DNA of 64,000 bases from Octopus vulgaris (GCA_951406725.2 OX597825.1:86676001-86740000), one strand, 5' to 3'. Counted from the stretch's first letter, positions 13,856 through 28,204 are shown. Notes: a model not told the origin generated them from the letters alone. Translations and numbers: made by a program.

Positions 13856-14756
13856 ATGCAGGAAGTTATGAAAATTCAATTAATGACATCCTTACTGGTC
13901 ACTAATTAGCTAAATTATTATTGATAAAGACAGGAGGAGACAACTCTTATATTTAGTTAATTAAAATAATTAAAATTTATTAAATGTCGATTATGTTAGT
14001 GTGCGTGTGTTTAGTCTGTGTTTAGTAAAGGGAAACAACATTGAACATGTTTGTGGCTTATCATGCCTCCTTAGCGAAGCTACGACGAGAAAGAGGAGGC
14101 AGAGAGAAATGAGAGAGAGGGAGAGAGAGGGAGAGAGATAAAGAAGAGATGATTGAGAAAGGGAGAGAGGATTGAGAAAGGGAAAAGAGAGAGGGAGAAA
14201 GAGAGAGAGCAGGACTAAGGAGGGAGGGAGGGAGAGAGAGAGAGTTTTGTTGAGGTCTGGCGAAAAGTTGCCTTGGGACGCCTGCTGTATAAAAGTGTAA
14301 TAGTAAAGTGTGATTATTTTAGACTGACTTTAAATCATTATAAACTATATTTATTCTTGGTCACTCACAAACCAGAAGACCTATGATCAAAAGCACTCTA
14401 GCCATGACCCTCCCGCCCGTTTTCAACCAGACAACCTGATCTCATGTATTCTTTGTTTGCGAGATCACTTGTGATTTGAGGGAGGTTTGGCTGCTATTTT
14501 TAACGTGTCTAAAGAACAGATAAAAGTTGAGTTGTTGAAAGAGTCCAACTGAATGGAGGCGTCAACCGTTGAACATCAATAAACCGGGTCCTGTTTTTTT
14601 TCCTTCCAATCTTTTGTCAGGAGTTTCTCTTTTATATTAAATAATCTTTGGTTTTATGTATTTACTCCATCAAATAAAGAAATATTGACTCGGTTATATT
14701 GCGCACTATATTATATTATATAACATTATCTGAACTGTACATATCACATTACGCCG

Positions 14757-14760
<4 letters not shown>

Positions 14761-14810
<50 letters not shown>

Positions 14811-16070
14811 TGACAGATACGATATATGTTATAAAGTATGTGTGTGTACATACATGTATATATGTATACATATGTGCGTGTTTGCATGCGCACACACACA
14901 CACATATATATGCACACAGTATATGTATGTATGGAGATTTTTTTGCAAAGACCCTCACAAATATACACATGTATGCATATTTATATTCATATATATATAT
15001 ATATATATGTAAGCATGTATATATATATATGTATGCTGTATATATATATATATGTATGTATATATGTATGCATGTATATATATATATACATATATGTATG
15101 CATGTATATATATATATATATGTATGCATGTATATATATACATATATGTATGCATGTATATACATATATGCATGTATATATATATATATATGTATATATG
15201 CATGTATATATATATATGTATGCATGTATATATATATATATGTGTATATGTATGCATGTATATATATATGTATATATGTATGCATGTATATATATATGTA
15301 TATATGTATGCATGTATATATATATGTATATATGTATGCATGTATATATATATGTATATATGTATGCATGTATATATATATATGTATATATGTATGCATG
15401 TATATATATATATGTATATATGTATGCATGTATGCATGTATATATGTATGCATGTATATATATATGTATGTATGCATGTATATATATATGTATGTATGCA
15501 TGTATATATGTATGCATGTATATATATGCATATATATATATATATGCATATGTATGCATATATATATATATATATGTATATGTATGCATATATATATATA
15601 TATATGTATATGTATGCATATATATATATATATGTATATGTATGCATATATATATGTATATGTATGCATATATATATATATATGTATATGTATGCATATA
15701 TATATGTATATGTATGCATATATATATATATATGTATATGTATGCATATATATATATATATATATGTATATGTATGCATATATATATATATATGTATATG
15801 TATGCACATATATATATATATGTATATGTATGCACATATATATATATATGTATATGTATGCATGTATGTATATATGTATGCATGCATATATATATATATA
15901 TATGTATGTGTACATGTATATATATATATGTATGTGTGCATGTATATATATATATATGTGTGTGTGTGTATGTGTGTATATACATATACGTATGCATACA
16001 TACATACATGCACATATATACACACACACATATATTCTTTTATTCTTATATATATATATATACACACACA
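14761..16070. repeat. Compound (CA)n/(TA)n/(TATG)n/(TGCATA) microsatellite array
   Basis: Directly visible; source of the spurious 340-470 aa ORFs. Confidence 0.97.
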
Positions 16071-16361
16071 TCCAAATAATTAAATCAGTCAACTGTTTAG
16101 CAATGCATCACCAAAAAGGATAACAATAATTCTCATCAAACACGATGGAGGCTGTTGGAACACCTACAATACTAGAAATAACAGCTAAAGTGCTCTGATG
16201 CTGCATTCAATTATTCGTATACGCATTAGCGATTCTCTAAATCATCCAGAGATTTCTATGGTGTAGACATGTGCTTTCTAACCCGGGCTCTGGGACTCCT
16301 GGTGTCCAAAAAGGTAGTACTGGGGGTCCGTGAACCGAATATATATATATGTATATATATA

Positions 16362-16409
<48 letters not shown>

Positions 16410-16484
16410 GAATGTGACCGCGTGTGTACCGTTGGCGATTTTTTTCCCCCGTCTTCCCTTCTCTGGATCTTTCCTTCTCCTATA

Positions 16485-16517
16485 TTTCTGACGAAGAGCT
16501 CCGCTCGAAACGTTAAA
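16485..16517 (+). ncRNA. Minimal type-I hammerhead ribozyme, family A (module ~16407-16620)
   Basis: UUU-CUGACGA-A-GAGC(UCC)GCUC-GAAACGUU-AAA: canonical core, 4-bp stem II, palindromic ACGU stem III, 3-bp stem I. Confidence 0.75.
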
Positions 16518-16621
16518 CCCTCCTTCCTCCCTTCCTTCCTGAGCGTCCAATAATACTATATTTGTTCCACGTCCTCGAGTTGTTGTGTTTTCTCTTTGTG
16601 TTTTCATGTTTGGATTAACTT

Positions 16622-16666
<45 letters not shown>

Positions 16667-16704
16667 GTATCAAATGAAATAAAAAGCAGAACACAAAGGA
16701 TATC

Positions 16705-16796
16705 GCGGTACACGTGTTTCAAGCTTTATAAAACAGCTTATTCTTACATCAATGTATAATCGACATAACAGATGGTTTAAAGCCCTCTTCAGCCGC
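16705..16796 (-). ncRNA. Type-I hammerhead ribozyme with long stem II
   Basis: GCGG-CUGAAGA-GGGCUUUA...UAAAGCUU-GAAACACGUGUA-CCGC: stem I GCGG/CCGC, palindromic ACACGUGU stem III, GUA site. Confidence 0.85.
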
Positions 16797-17010
16797 ATGC
16801 AATTGCTACACCAAAGACTTGTATCACATTATGAAAAGTCCGAAAAAGAACATTTGGTATTATTTATAATGGTAGGTATATTGAGTTTCACTGAGAAAGT
16901 ATGTTTGTAAATCTTCATAATCAAATAGGTGTATCATCTGTCAATATATATATTGACAGACCGTTAGCTCCTACACGCATTTTTTTCTCTCCTTGTTTCT
17001 TTTCTGTGTA

Positions 17011-17048
17011 TCTTTCTGTCGAAGAGCGTAGGCTCGAAACGTAAAAGA
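17011..17048 (+). ncRNA. Minimal hammerhead, family A, A6U core variant
   Basis: UCUUU-CUGUCGA-A-GAGC(GUAG)GCUC-GAAACGUA-AAAGA; module ~17000-17150 is nearly identical to 39562-39710. Confidence 0.7.
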
Positions 17049-17335
17049 CTTGTTTTATTTCTATTCCTGAGCGCCATACTAATACATTTGTTTGTTTGTA
17101 CTCCACCTGCCTTCGTCTTTTGTTTATTTTCGTAAACCTTCCCGTTATATGTTCTCGGCCTGTTAACGTCTGTGTGTTGTGTGTTGGTACTTGATAAATG
17201 AAAAAATGCATAGTAAATAAGCAACGGCAGCTAAAAAACGTATTCGTATAAGACAGAGAGGGTCCCTAATTCTTCATCAGTTGTCTACCAAAATGGTAAT
17301 ACGAGTCAGAAGACATGAACATTTTAAAATATATT

Positions 17336-18087
17336 AGTGTATGAAAACATACAGGAAGAGACGACCACCATGTGGATTCCTTACATGCTAAAAATGGCAG
17401 TCGAAACCTAAAACCACGAAACCATATTCTTAGATTAAATCACGTTGACTTGAGTGAATAAAATATAGTGAACCTTATACTAATAAGTTTCGATATTACT
17501 GACCAAATAATTCAACTAATAAGATAATTAATTGATTATTTAATCATCCGTAGCTCATATTTACGTCTCCTGACTCTTCTTACTCATGCTGGCCACTGGT
17601 AAATAATTATTTAATAATTTTTAACCTTATATTTATAAAGTTAAATATTTAAATTCTTCGGCCAGAGGTTTACGTTTGAATTTATTCACTGCTGTACTAC
17701 TCTGGTGTCGCACGTTGTTTTGAGGTTATTCTGAGAGAAGAATCCAGGATGAATCAAGATGGAACTGAGTGAGTTTGTGCTTTACTTTGTGCTTTCGCTA
17801 CGTATTGCAGTTTTATGTTTATGCATTTAATTAGCAACCTTACTGATGAGCTACGGATGATTAAATAATCAATCAATTATCTTATTAGCTGAATTATTTG
17901 GTCAGTAATATCGAAACTTATTAGTATAAGGTTCACTATATTTTATTCACTCAAATGTCTTGCTCGCGTACAAGTCACGTGCTTTAATGTAAGAATATGC
18001 TTTCGTGGTTTTAGGCTTCGACTGCCATTTTTAGCATGTAAGGAATCCACATGGTGGTTTTCTCTTCCCGTATGTTTTCATACACTA
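17336..18087. mobile_element. Foldback/MITE-like element with ~220-240 bp inverted arms
   Basis: 17336-17557 is the reverse complement of 17847-18087 (few mismatches, one indel); ~290 bp spacer. Confidence 0.85.
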
Positions 18088-18090
18088 TTG

Positions 18091-18123
<33 letters not shown>

Positions 18124-18765
18124 GTATATATACACTTATATACACTATGCAACACATATCGCCTCAGTTTTGCGAGTTGGCTCATCTCCCATTGATTCCG
18201 AATGGTTTCTCAGCCTCATTATAATTGCTCTGATTTCTTCTGTTAACTTCTGTGGGTTTTTTTTCCCCTTTGACACTTTTGTTCATTTAAAAAAAACTCT
18301 TCACAAACAGATGTCTGTATGTGGTCTCTGACCCTGTTAGAAACACCAACAAAATTCTTCTAAAAGAATATTGTATGTGCCTTGAAAAATAAAGATTAGA
18401 TTAGGCAATTATTTTCATAGATTAATTAATCTTACTAGTTAAAACACACTGAATGACGGAGCCTCTCCGTAGTCGCCCAGCATACTAGACATAGCAGCAA
18501 AGCTCCCCCTCATTGCAGACCCTAACTTCAGACGCAGTGAAACCGTCCGCCACAAGACCTGCTTACGTCTACCGCGGGTTTTTAAAAATACAATTTATGG
18601 CTTTACTTAATCAATATTAATGGCTAACAGTCTCAGAAAAAAATTGTTACATGTAAAGATAAACAATTGCCATCTAAAGTTTTATTTTAAATAAACAAAA
18701 TTTATATATTTTAGAGTTTTTAAAAACTTATTTTAAAACTTGATGCAAAATGTGTTCCTTATTTG

Positions 18766-19588
18766 TCATTTGGTCTTTTCTGTAGAACCCCGCTTTGGTA
18801 TTTCAGTGCGACACTCCACTGTGACACTTCAGGGTACTTCCACCCCAGTGAATGCGATGTTATTGGTCATAACATTTATAGGGTCTCCCCAATTATTGAT
18901 CAATGAGATCGATATTGAGTTGCAATTTCTCGTGTTGGACAACTGTTATTGGAAATGGAGAGAAAGGAACTTGCCGAAGATTTTGACATTGGCCAGGAAT
19001 GACTGAGATCTGCCTTTATGTTTGTGAGATAAGATGCAGTAGAGATGATGAGAAACGGAGAGGATGTATCTGTTGGAGGAAGTTGGAGGGTGTGGAGTTT
19101 GATATTGCAGAGGAGCGGGTTCTGTCCTGGTTGCTGTCGAGGTGAAAAAGAAGAGTCGGCAGTTTTTTTTTTATGTCAATCATATTAATAGGAATTTTTC
19201 AGAACATAGTTGACGATGTTTGTGTAGCAGCGGCACCGTTTCAGATGTGTGATTTGAAGGGGATTTGGTAGCTGTTTTTAGAAGTGTTGAGCGACCCCTT
19301 ACAGGATTCCCTCGTTCAATCATTATGACATCGATCAGTTTTGCAGTAGTGTTAACATCATATTAAGTAATATTTTTATCAGCCCTGGGAGTGATAATGG
19401 CGGTACTTCCGTTTTTCTATGTTGCATTATGTTGTTTTGGGTTGTGCTTAACAGATTTTGTAGAGTGAAATGTTGCCTTTTCTTTTAATAAAGATCAACC
19501 TTAACAGAACAACACTGAAAGGTTTGGTGAATATAATTAATTCTGGAGTGTTACAATTGATAGAAATAGAAAGGAAGCTTCCAGACAT
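18766..19588 (-). pseudogene. Decayed gene, possibly a Polinton/PLV-type minor capsid (penton) protein
   Basis: N-terminus MSGSFLSISINCNTPELIIFTKPFSVVLLRLIF and C-terminus FLANVKIFGKFLSLHFQ*QLSNTRNCNSISISLINNWGDPINV...SVTVECR resemble single jelly-roll mCP patterns. Frameshifted, with a repeat fragment at ~19250-19320. Pattern recall only. Confidence 0.3.
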
Positions 19589-19600
19589 GATCGGTTCTCA

Positions 19601-19700
19601 GTCCATACCGGCCTATGACTGCCCGTCTATACCGGCCTGTGACTCTCCGTCTATACAAGCCTATGACTGTCCGTCTATACCGGCCTATGTCTGTCCGTCC
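19601..19700. repeat. 24-bp minisatellite, about 4 copies
   Basis: Unit ~GTCTATACCGGCCTATGACTGTCC. Confidence 0.9.
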
Positions 19701-21199
19701 GACGTACGACTGTTCGTTGGTAGTAGTTAAACAGAGTGAGGGTCTCTTGTAACTTCCCCAATTTCAGAGTCGAGAGTTTTGGAGGTCGTAAATTAAATGA
19801 AAAATAACTTCGTGTACTTGATTGTCTTGCTGGCGATGCGATTGTGAATTATTGATGGTTGATGTCTTCTCTCCGATGTTGTAAACTGTTGTATGCGAGT
19901 CCCTAGGGTTTATTTTGGGGCCGAGGCTTTGGGTTATGAGTGGGATGTGGGGAGGGTTATACCTTGGGAAGATGGCGTCGGTTTCCCGTTTAGATGTCTC
20001 AGATGGTCAAAGGAAAAGTACATTTGTCAAGGGTTCTCAGCATAGAAGGTAGATCTTTGAGCATTTCGTTCATATTAATCCGAGAGGGTGGTGGTGGTGG
20101 TGGTGGTGGTGGAATGTTTTGTAAATTAGAAAGATGTAAGATGTGTTGTGTTAATGAGGCGATGGTCAATTAATACCATGGAAACATTAACGAGATGGCG
20201 GAGTAAAAGAAAATATGAAGAGTCTTTGATGAGAGAAGTTGATAAGGATGAGTTGGTAAATGATGTGGATGGGTGAGGAGTGGACTCAGTAGACCTGATG
20301 GGGGATGGGGTGGGGGAGTATGTGGGAGAGGCAGTAAGAGGACATTTATTCATTAAAGTTCCACTGTAAAACTAAATTTAATTCAAACAGAGAATCAATT
20401 TGGATTCGTTTTAGTCGAAGTCTGATTGTTTCGGGCAAGAAATACAAGAAGTAAAATATGAAAATTGTACAATCTCAGTTTGTCTCGTTGTTAGTGTTGT
20501 TGTTGTTGTAAAACAACAAATCAATATTAAATGCAATTCCCATCAACTAAATCTATCGAACACGTTTCAAACAATTCGATTCTACAGATTAACTGCTTCT
20601 GTGAATTCCTTCTTCACTTTGATAGGTCGCCTGTAGGCATAGGATTTCGAATCGATGTATCATCGCTCTCCACTACGGATGCCACCAACAACAACAACGC
20701 TTCATCAATATAAACAATAAACTAGTCTAGAGTTATTCCAATTGAACAATTCACTTTATGACATTTTCATTGGTAACTGAGAGAGAGTTTTGGTAATAAA
20801 TAAAAGCACCAAGGGAGTGATATTTCTTCCTCTTGACTTGGGTTGAAGTTTAATATCTTTTTAGTAAATCATACGAAGAGACTCGACTAAATGTGTGATG
20901 TTAATGTTTGTCCCCAGAATAAAAGTGCGAATTACAGAGTCTCCTGGGATTGGCACTCTTTTTTCACATCTATAATGGCTCCTGCAAGATCTACTTTTTC
21001 TTCGTTCGACTTTCAGTGACCCTTGCGTTGTTTTCCCTTCCATAAACGATAAAATGTCGGCTGCTTATTTCTAATAAGACAAGCATAAGAAACATTTCTC
21101 TCTCTCTCTCTCCCTCCCTCACCGTTAAAATACCTGTTCGAGAATATTCCTAGGAAACAATATTCTCAAAAGACCACATTCTTCACATTCTAAATACCG

Positions 21200-21233
<34 letters not shown>

Positions 21234-21569
21234 TGATGATGATGATAATCTTCATTGGTGTCAGCATGAACAGAGAAGAATGAGTGGAGCATTGACGTAA
21301 ACGCCAAACTGTAATGAAATACTGAGTTCATACCCGGCTTGAATCGCCTTAGCATCGATGGGGTTGGTAAAATCAATACCAGTAATATATTAGGATTCCA
21401 CTCAAGTGTTTACAACTTAGCACTAAATTTCAGACCTTAAAAATATAATTAAAAGATCATTTAACTAGCTGACAGGCATCGTGGTCCCTTTTATTCCAGG
21501 GGCTGCTGTTTCTATAATTTGCATCAATTAACTTTAATAACTCAGGTGTTATTTTCACGTAACAACGTA

Positions 21570-21680
21570 AAATGAAATGTTTTGCTCGAGAATATAACAC
21601 ACTACCCGGCCCGGGAACCGAAACTAGAACCCTGCAATGGTAAGTGCAACATCGTAACCACTTGGCTACGCGCCTTCAAC
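21570..21680 (-). mobile_element. SINE 5' (tRNA-like) fragment
   Basis: Minus strand GGCGCGTAGCCAAGTGGTTACGATGTTGCACTTACC...GGTTTCGGTTCCCGGGCC; related to the 28563 SINE head. Confidence 0.65.
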
Positions 21681-24317
21681 AATAACAACAACATTATATT
21701 GAATATATTAGACGCGATTGAAACCACCATGTTTTACCAAATATGTTTATTTCATGAGAAAAACTGAGAATAAGTAAAAAATAACAGCAAAATCTATAAA
21801 ATAAAGCGCCATCTAACGAGAAGTTTCTCTTAAAAGACTTTCTTGATCCCAACAGTTCCACTGAAGATTCCATCCGTTCCTTGTCACCATTTGTGTCCCT
21901 CATCTTCTATAATTTCTCTCTTATTTTCTGCCATCTTGTGGAAATCTTTGTTCCAATTCTTCGACAAAATTTGGCCGATTCCCTTGAGAAATCAGATCCT
22001 GATGAGGTCGAGGTCACTCAGTTCAAAATAGTTTTAAAAACTGAAGGATTAATGAATTTCCTTGGAAATTATGGTCAGTTTCCACTTTTCTGCTACGTTT
22101 TACGTCTTCACAATCATGGTTGAACCAGTTCCATCATCCCCGCCACCGGCACCACCACCGCTAGCGCCATCCCCCTCCTCCTCCTCATCATCGTCGTCAT
22201 ATATTTCACTGAAACGTTTACAGGCAATGCTCCATCTTGGCCGCAGTCTAATCGATGAAACCAAGGAAACATAGAATGCCATCATGAGTTGGTTCTACAT
22301 TATGCTGTCCGTTATCGAGAGCTGTTCAATAACTGGACAATAATCGACTAAAATCGATATTGGTGCGATTGATTGGATCTTTCCTTCCAGCGTCCTCAGT
22401 TTTCAGAATCGTTATTGGTTTTATCCAAAGACATCTTTGAATGCAGCTAAATTCCTTGCAGGTTTGTCTCACATCGAACATTGGATGAGTTCTTGGAAGT
22501 GGTCACGAGTGGAATGGCAAACAGTACCACATTTATTTCGGTTCTTCCTCATCCTCTAAGTTTTGTTTTAATAGTCAGGTTGTTGTTGTTGCTGTTAATA
22601 TTGGTGTTGGTTTTCCCAGGTCCGCCCTCTGGAATAAACGTGTGATTAAAGTTGTAGAAACCGTGGCCATCCCGTCTAACTGTGCAACTGATTGTCCAGT
22701 TGCTTTTCTTTTTTTTTAAGCATGCATGATTTGAGGGTGATTTGGTTGTTATTTCTTGAAAGTCGAGCGATCAGGTCGAGGCTCTCACGTTTTGTTTGTT
22801 CAAACCTGTTCTGTTTTGGCGAAATTTCAGAAGAAAAGGAAGCAAATTGGCAGCAGAACCCCCCCCCGCCCCACTCCCCACCGCCGGCCACAAAACAGCA
22901 ACAAAAGAAAAACAAAAATGTTTTTGTTGCGAATCTGCTGAAATTACATCGGTTCTTCTTTGTAAAAGAGGTGTTGAATAATGAAGATATTATACACTTT
23001 GAGTCGTAACAGATACAACGAAGTGTTTTTGTACAAAGTGCAACTGGAATTGGGAATCAGAAGGAAAATATTTGTAGAAAAGAAAGAAAATAATTCGTGA
23101 AAAATAAAAGATCGAAAGAAAAGAATAAAACGATGAACAAACAAACAATTTTTCTTTCCTCCATTAGATTCGTTTCTTCAGTAAATTTCTTCCGGAAAAC
23201 ATTCAAGTATTTAATCACTGCTACACATACAAGATGCCAATCCTATCGTCTGGTGTTCTTTCGGATTTTATTCAATTTTTAATAAGGCCAGCCTTTGCTG
23301 CAATCTCTAGAATTTGGTTGGAAATTGGTTAAATCAGCTGACTCTTCTCAATATCAATGTCTTTGTTGTAGGGAAGAAGAAATGAGATGTTTTTATTCCA
23401 TACAGACGATCGACGGAGATAACATGGAAGGAAGAGGCAAACGTATTTTATTTAATAATGTGTCACAAATAAATGCGAAACACCCAGTATTCGGTGATTG
23501 TAGCATCAATAATATAACAGTAATTTAGTACAAAAACGATATATCTTTGCTTGATGGTGAAACAGTTCCTCGTATAATTCGCCCCATTTTTCCAGGGGAA
23601 AGATCTCGGTGAATTTATTAAAAGAAACACTATGTAAGTGATATTTTCCGGAGATCGAGTGTAATATCAGTTGGCAAGTGCTGACATCTAAAGGCGTATA
23701 AAAGTCTAATTGCTCTCCAGCAGAAATATCATAAAAACATGACCCAGTAGGGAAGTCCTGCCTTCTATTGGCACTCAACATCGGCAAGAAAGTAATTATA
23801 CGAAAATCTAGTTTCATGAAACGAAATGCAAATTGCATTTCTCAATACATCATCATCTTTTCTTTCTTTCTCTCGTCTTTTCATCTCCTCCTTCTTCTTG
23901 AAATCGTCTTTCTGCAATTTATGTTTGATTCCTGCTTTCTATTTCAAGAGTTAACCAATATGGATGAGAAAAAAAAAACCAAAAAGAGAGGAAAAAAAAA
24001 AGAGAACCACATCAACAACACGAGCATCAACAACAAATCTGATGGAAAAATATGAAAGAATTAATGCTTTGCCTAACACTAGTAATTAGATTGAGGAATA
24101 AATATATACAAGAAAGGGAAGAGTTCTGGATAATAAAATATTGGAAAACAACTTTCAGCCAGGAATCAAAAATAAAGTTAAAAAAACAGATAAAAAAAAA
24201 AACTATCTTTTATTTACACTGAGTTGATTTCCTAATTAGAGACCGACAAATATTTTAAAAGAATTGTTGAAAGATTCTCACTGGCAGCAGAAAAAAAAAA
24301 AAAAAATAAAGGATTTC

Positions 24318-25602
<1,285 letters not shown>

Positions 25603-27320
25603 TGCACAAACATGCACACAATGCACACAAACACCAACAAAAAACAAAGAAGTTTGTCTGCAGTTCTCTGCGAGATGAAAAATGATGTCATGTTTCTTTT
25701 GTTTGTCTTATTTTTTGGGAAGCAGATTGGTTAATTAGCGATCTGGTAGCCATTGATGATGTCTGTGATGTTGATGATGATGATGATGATGATGATGGCG
25801 ATGACGTTGTTTTGCTAATGTGCTTAATTACTACAAGGTAAACATGTTCATGTATATATATATATATACATACACACACACATATATATATGCATATATA
25901 CACACACACACGCATATATATATATTCTTACATATATACATACATCTCTCTATCTATCTATGAATGTATGTATCTATATATATATATATATACACACATT
26001 TATGTATGCATGACATAAATATGCATATATACATGTATATATATATATATATACGTATATATATATATATGTATACACACTCACACGTATATATTTACAC
26101 ATACATACGTTCTTAGATGTATATTCATATTTATACAAATTATGTGTGTGTGTGTGTATATATATATATCCCCCACTATCATCATCATCATGATCGTCTC
26201 ACCACAAAGCTGATGAAAAAAGATGTAAAACAATAGAAAACGAATACGAAGAAGTGGTGGTGGTGGTGGCGGGGTGTGAGTTGAGAACAACAACAACAAC
26301 AACAAAACTGGAAAGAAAGTAAAAAGAAAAGCAACATCTGTAACATTGAGATTGGTTTTATCTCAATGGTTTATCACCGCCGACACCACCACCACCACCA
26401 CCACCATATATCGTCATCACCATCAGCACCATCATCGATGCCACTACCATCAGCTCAAGCCTCCGCCTCCTCTCCATCATCCTCATCATCATCGGCATCC
26501 TCCTCTTTCTCTACATCTGCCACCACAACCGCCATCATCATCATCATCATCATCATTTACTGCGTTTGTGTTATTTGTTTCCTATAGTAAAAAGAGAAAC
26601 GGAGGGGGGAAAGCCTGTCTGCGTCAGTGAGGTCCCGGTTTCGATTCTTGCTTGTGAACTGTTGCTATTGATCAAATTAGTTGTGAACGAGAAGATCAAC
26701 AACCAAAGACGACCCAACCGTCATACTCCCGTCTTACAAATGTCTACGTCTACCTTGTCTCGAATATCCATATTTCCTGCAAATCAAGGGACCACGCAAA
26801 AGTAACACAAACTGATGCGTTTCTGCAGTATTCCGCTAACAACCACCATTGTTTGGAGGCCAAATAAAGCTTCCTTAATCGCTAGAAATAGCACACAAAC
26901 AATGTACAGCACTCTTTCTCTTTCCTTATTCGTCTGACGCCATTCACCGATCGTGTGTATATATAAATACACAAAACTATTGAAAAGGTTGCAAGACGCA
27001 ACGAAAATTTTAGAAAAATAAAAAAGAAATAAGTAGAAATTTTACCGGTGAGTGTGTTACATTATAAGGCACTAAAAGAAAATGACTCTCCCCAGACACA
27101 ACAGAATATGTTTCAACACACGAACTCACATAAAGAATCTTGCAAACCAAATCCGAAAACGAAATATATATATTTCAACGACCTTGAACCCACAAGAGTA
27201 AACAAGAGAGACAGAGACAGACAGAAACAAAAAAATGCCCCTTGTATTTGAATACTATACAAATATTCTTTTTAAAAAACTTTTCTGTTAATTTTTCTAA
27301 ATTTAATTATTTAATTGTTA

Positions 27321-27357
27321 CAGTTGAAAAGGTCTCAAATGACCGAAACCGGTACTG
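27321..27357 (+). ncRNA. Hammerhead ribozyme, U3-A8 core variant (family B; module 27250-27407)
   Basis: CAG-UUGAAAA-GGUC(UCAAAU)GACC-GAAACCGGUA-CUG; second copy at 47678-47715. Confidence 0.75.
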
Positions 27358-27509
27358 AAATGTTCTTTATAAAATTATTTTAGCATTTTCTATCTTGACT
27401 TGTTTTATCATATAAATATATATAAATATATATATATATATGTATGTATGATTGATCGCTAAATCCCCAAGTTTTTTTATTCTCTCTCAATGTTTATTTC
27501 CTCTTATTC

Positions 27510-27545
27510 CTTTCTGTTGAAAAGTGTAGGCTCGAAACGTAAAAG
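27510..27545 (+). ncRNA. Degenerate family-A hammerhead
   Basis: CUUU-CUGUUGA-A-AAGU(GUAG)GCUC-GAAACGUA-AAAG; downstream sequence matches the other family-A modules. Confidence 0.55.
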
Positions 27546-27651
27546 ACTTTCTCACTTTCCTGAGCGTCAAACTAATACACTAGCTTGTTGTTCACACATC
27601 TCTCCTCGTCTTTTGCTTTGCTGTAAATTTCAACTATATATATATATATAT

Positions 27652-27781
27652 ATAGAATGGTTGTATACTGTCAATCTAACACGAACGTGACAGTAGGGGG
27701 TACACCACCGCGGTTTAGCCCTAGGTGGTGTACCCCCTACTGTCACGTTCGTGTTAGATTGACAGTATACAACCATTCTAT
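27652..27781. repeat. Perfect 58-bp inverted repeat, 14-nt loop
   Basis: 27652-27709 is the exact reverse complement of 27724-27781. Confidence 0.95.
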
Positions 27782-27855
27782 CGCCCCACCACCGTACATG
27801 TCTCTACGAGAGATTTAGACATTTAGTATTTCTGATATATATATATATATATATA

Positions 27856-28204
27856 GGCGCAGGAGTGGCTGTGTGGTAAGTAGCTTGCAAACCAACCACA
27901 TGGTTCCGGGTTCAGTCCCACTGCGTGGCATCTTGGGCAAGTGTCTTCTGCTATAGCCTCGGGCCGACCAAAGCCTTGTGAGTGGATTTGGTAGACGGAA
28001 ACTGAAAGAAGCCTGTCGTATATATGTATATATATGTATGTATGTATGTGTGTATATGTTTGTCCCCATCAATTAGCGGTTCGGCAAAAGAGACCGATAG
28101 AATAAGTACTGGGCTTACAAAAGAATAAGTCCCAGGGTCGATTTGCTTGACTAAAGGCGGTGCTCCAGCATGGCCGCAGTCAAATGACTGAAACAAGTAA
28201 AAGA

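Noticed and set aside
14699-16123. Long ORFs up to 474 aa (also at 24-25, 29-32, 49, 58 and 62 kb)
   Set aside because: Translations of stop-free microsatellites, open in several frames on both strands.
17230-17285. CTGATGA/CTGACGA motifs (minus strand here and at ~33127; plus strand at ~55546)
   Set aside because: No correctly placed GAAA..UH with stems; at most relics.
19601-19700. CRISPR-like array
   Set aside because: No spacers, no cas genes, eukaryotic context.
21995-22030. CTGATGA as a hammerhead core
   Set aside because: No stem II followed by GAAA.
18700-24050. Stop-codon reassignment to explain the in-frame stops
   Set aside because: All three stop types occur together with frameshifts and repeat insertions; decay is simpler.
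27856-27930. tRNA gene
   Set aside because: A and B boxes run into the SINE body; no full cloverleaf.
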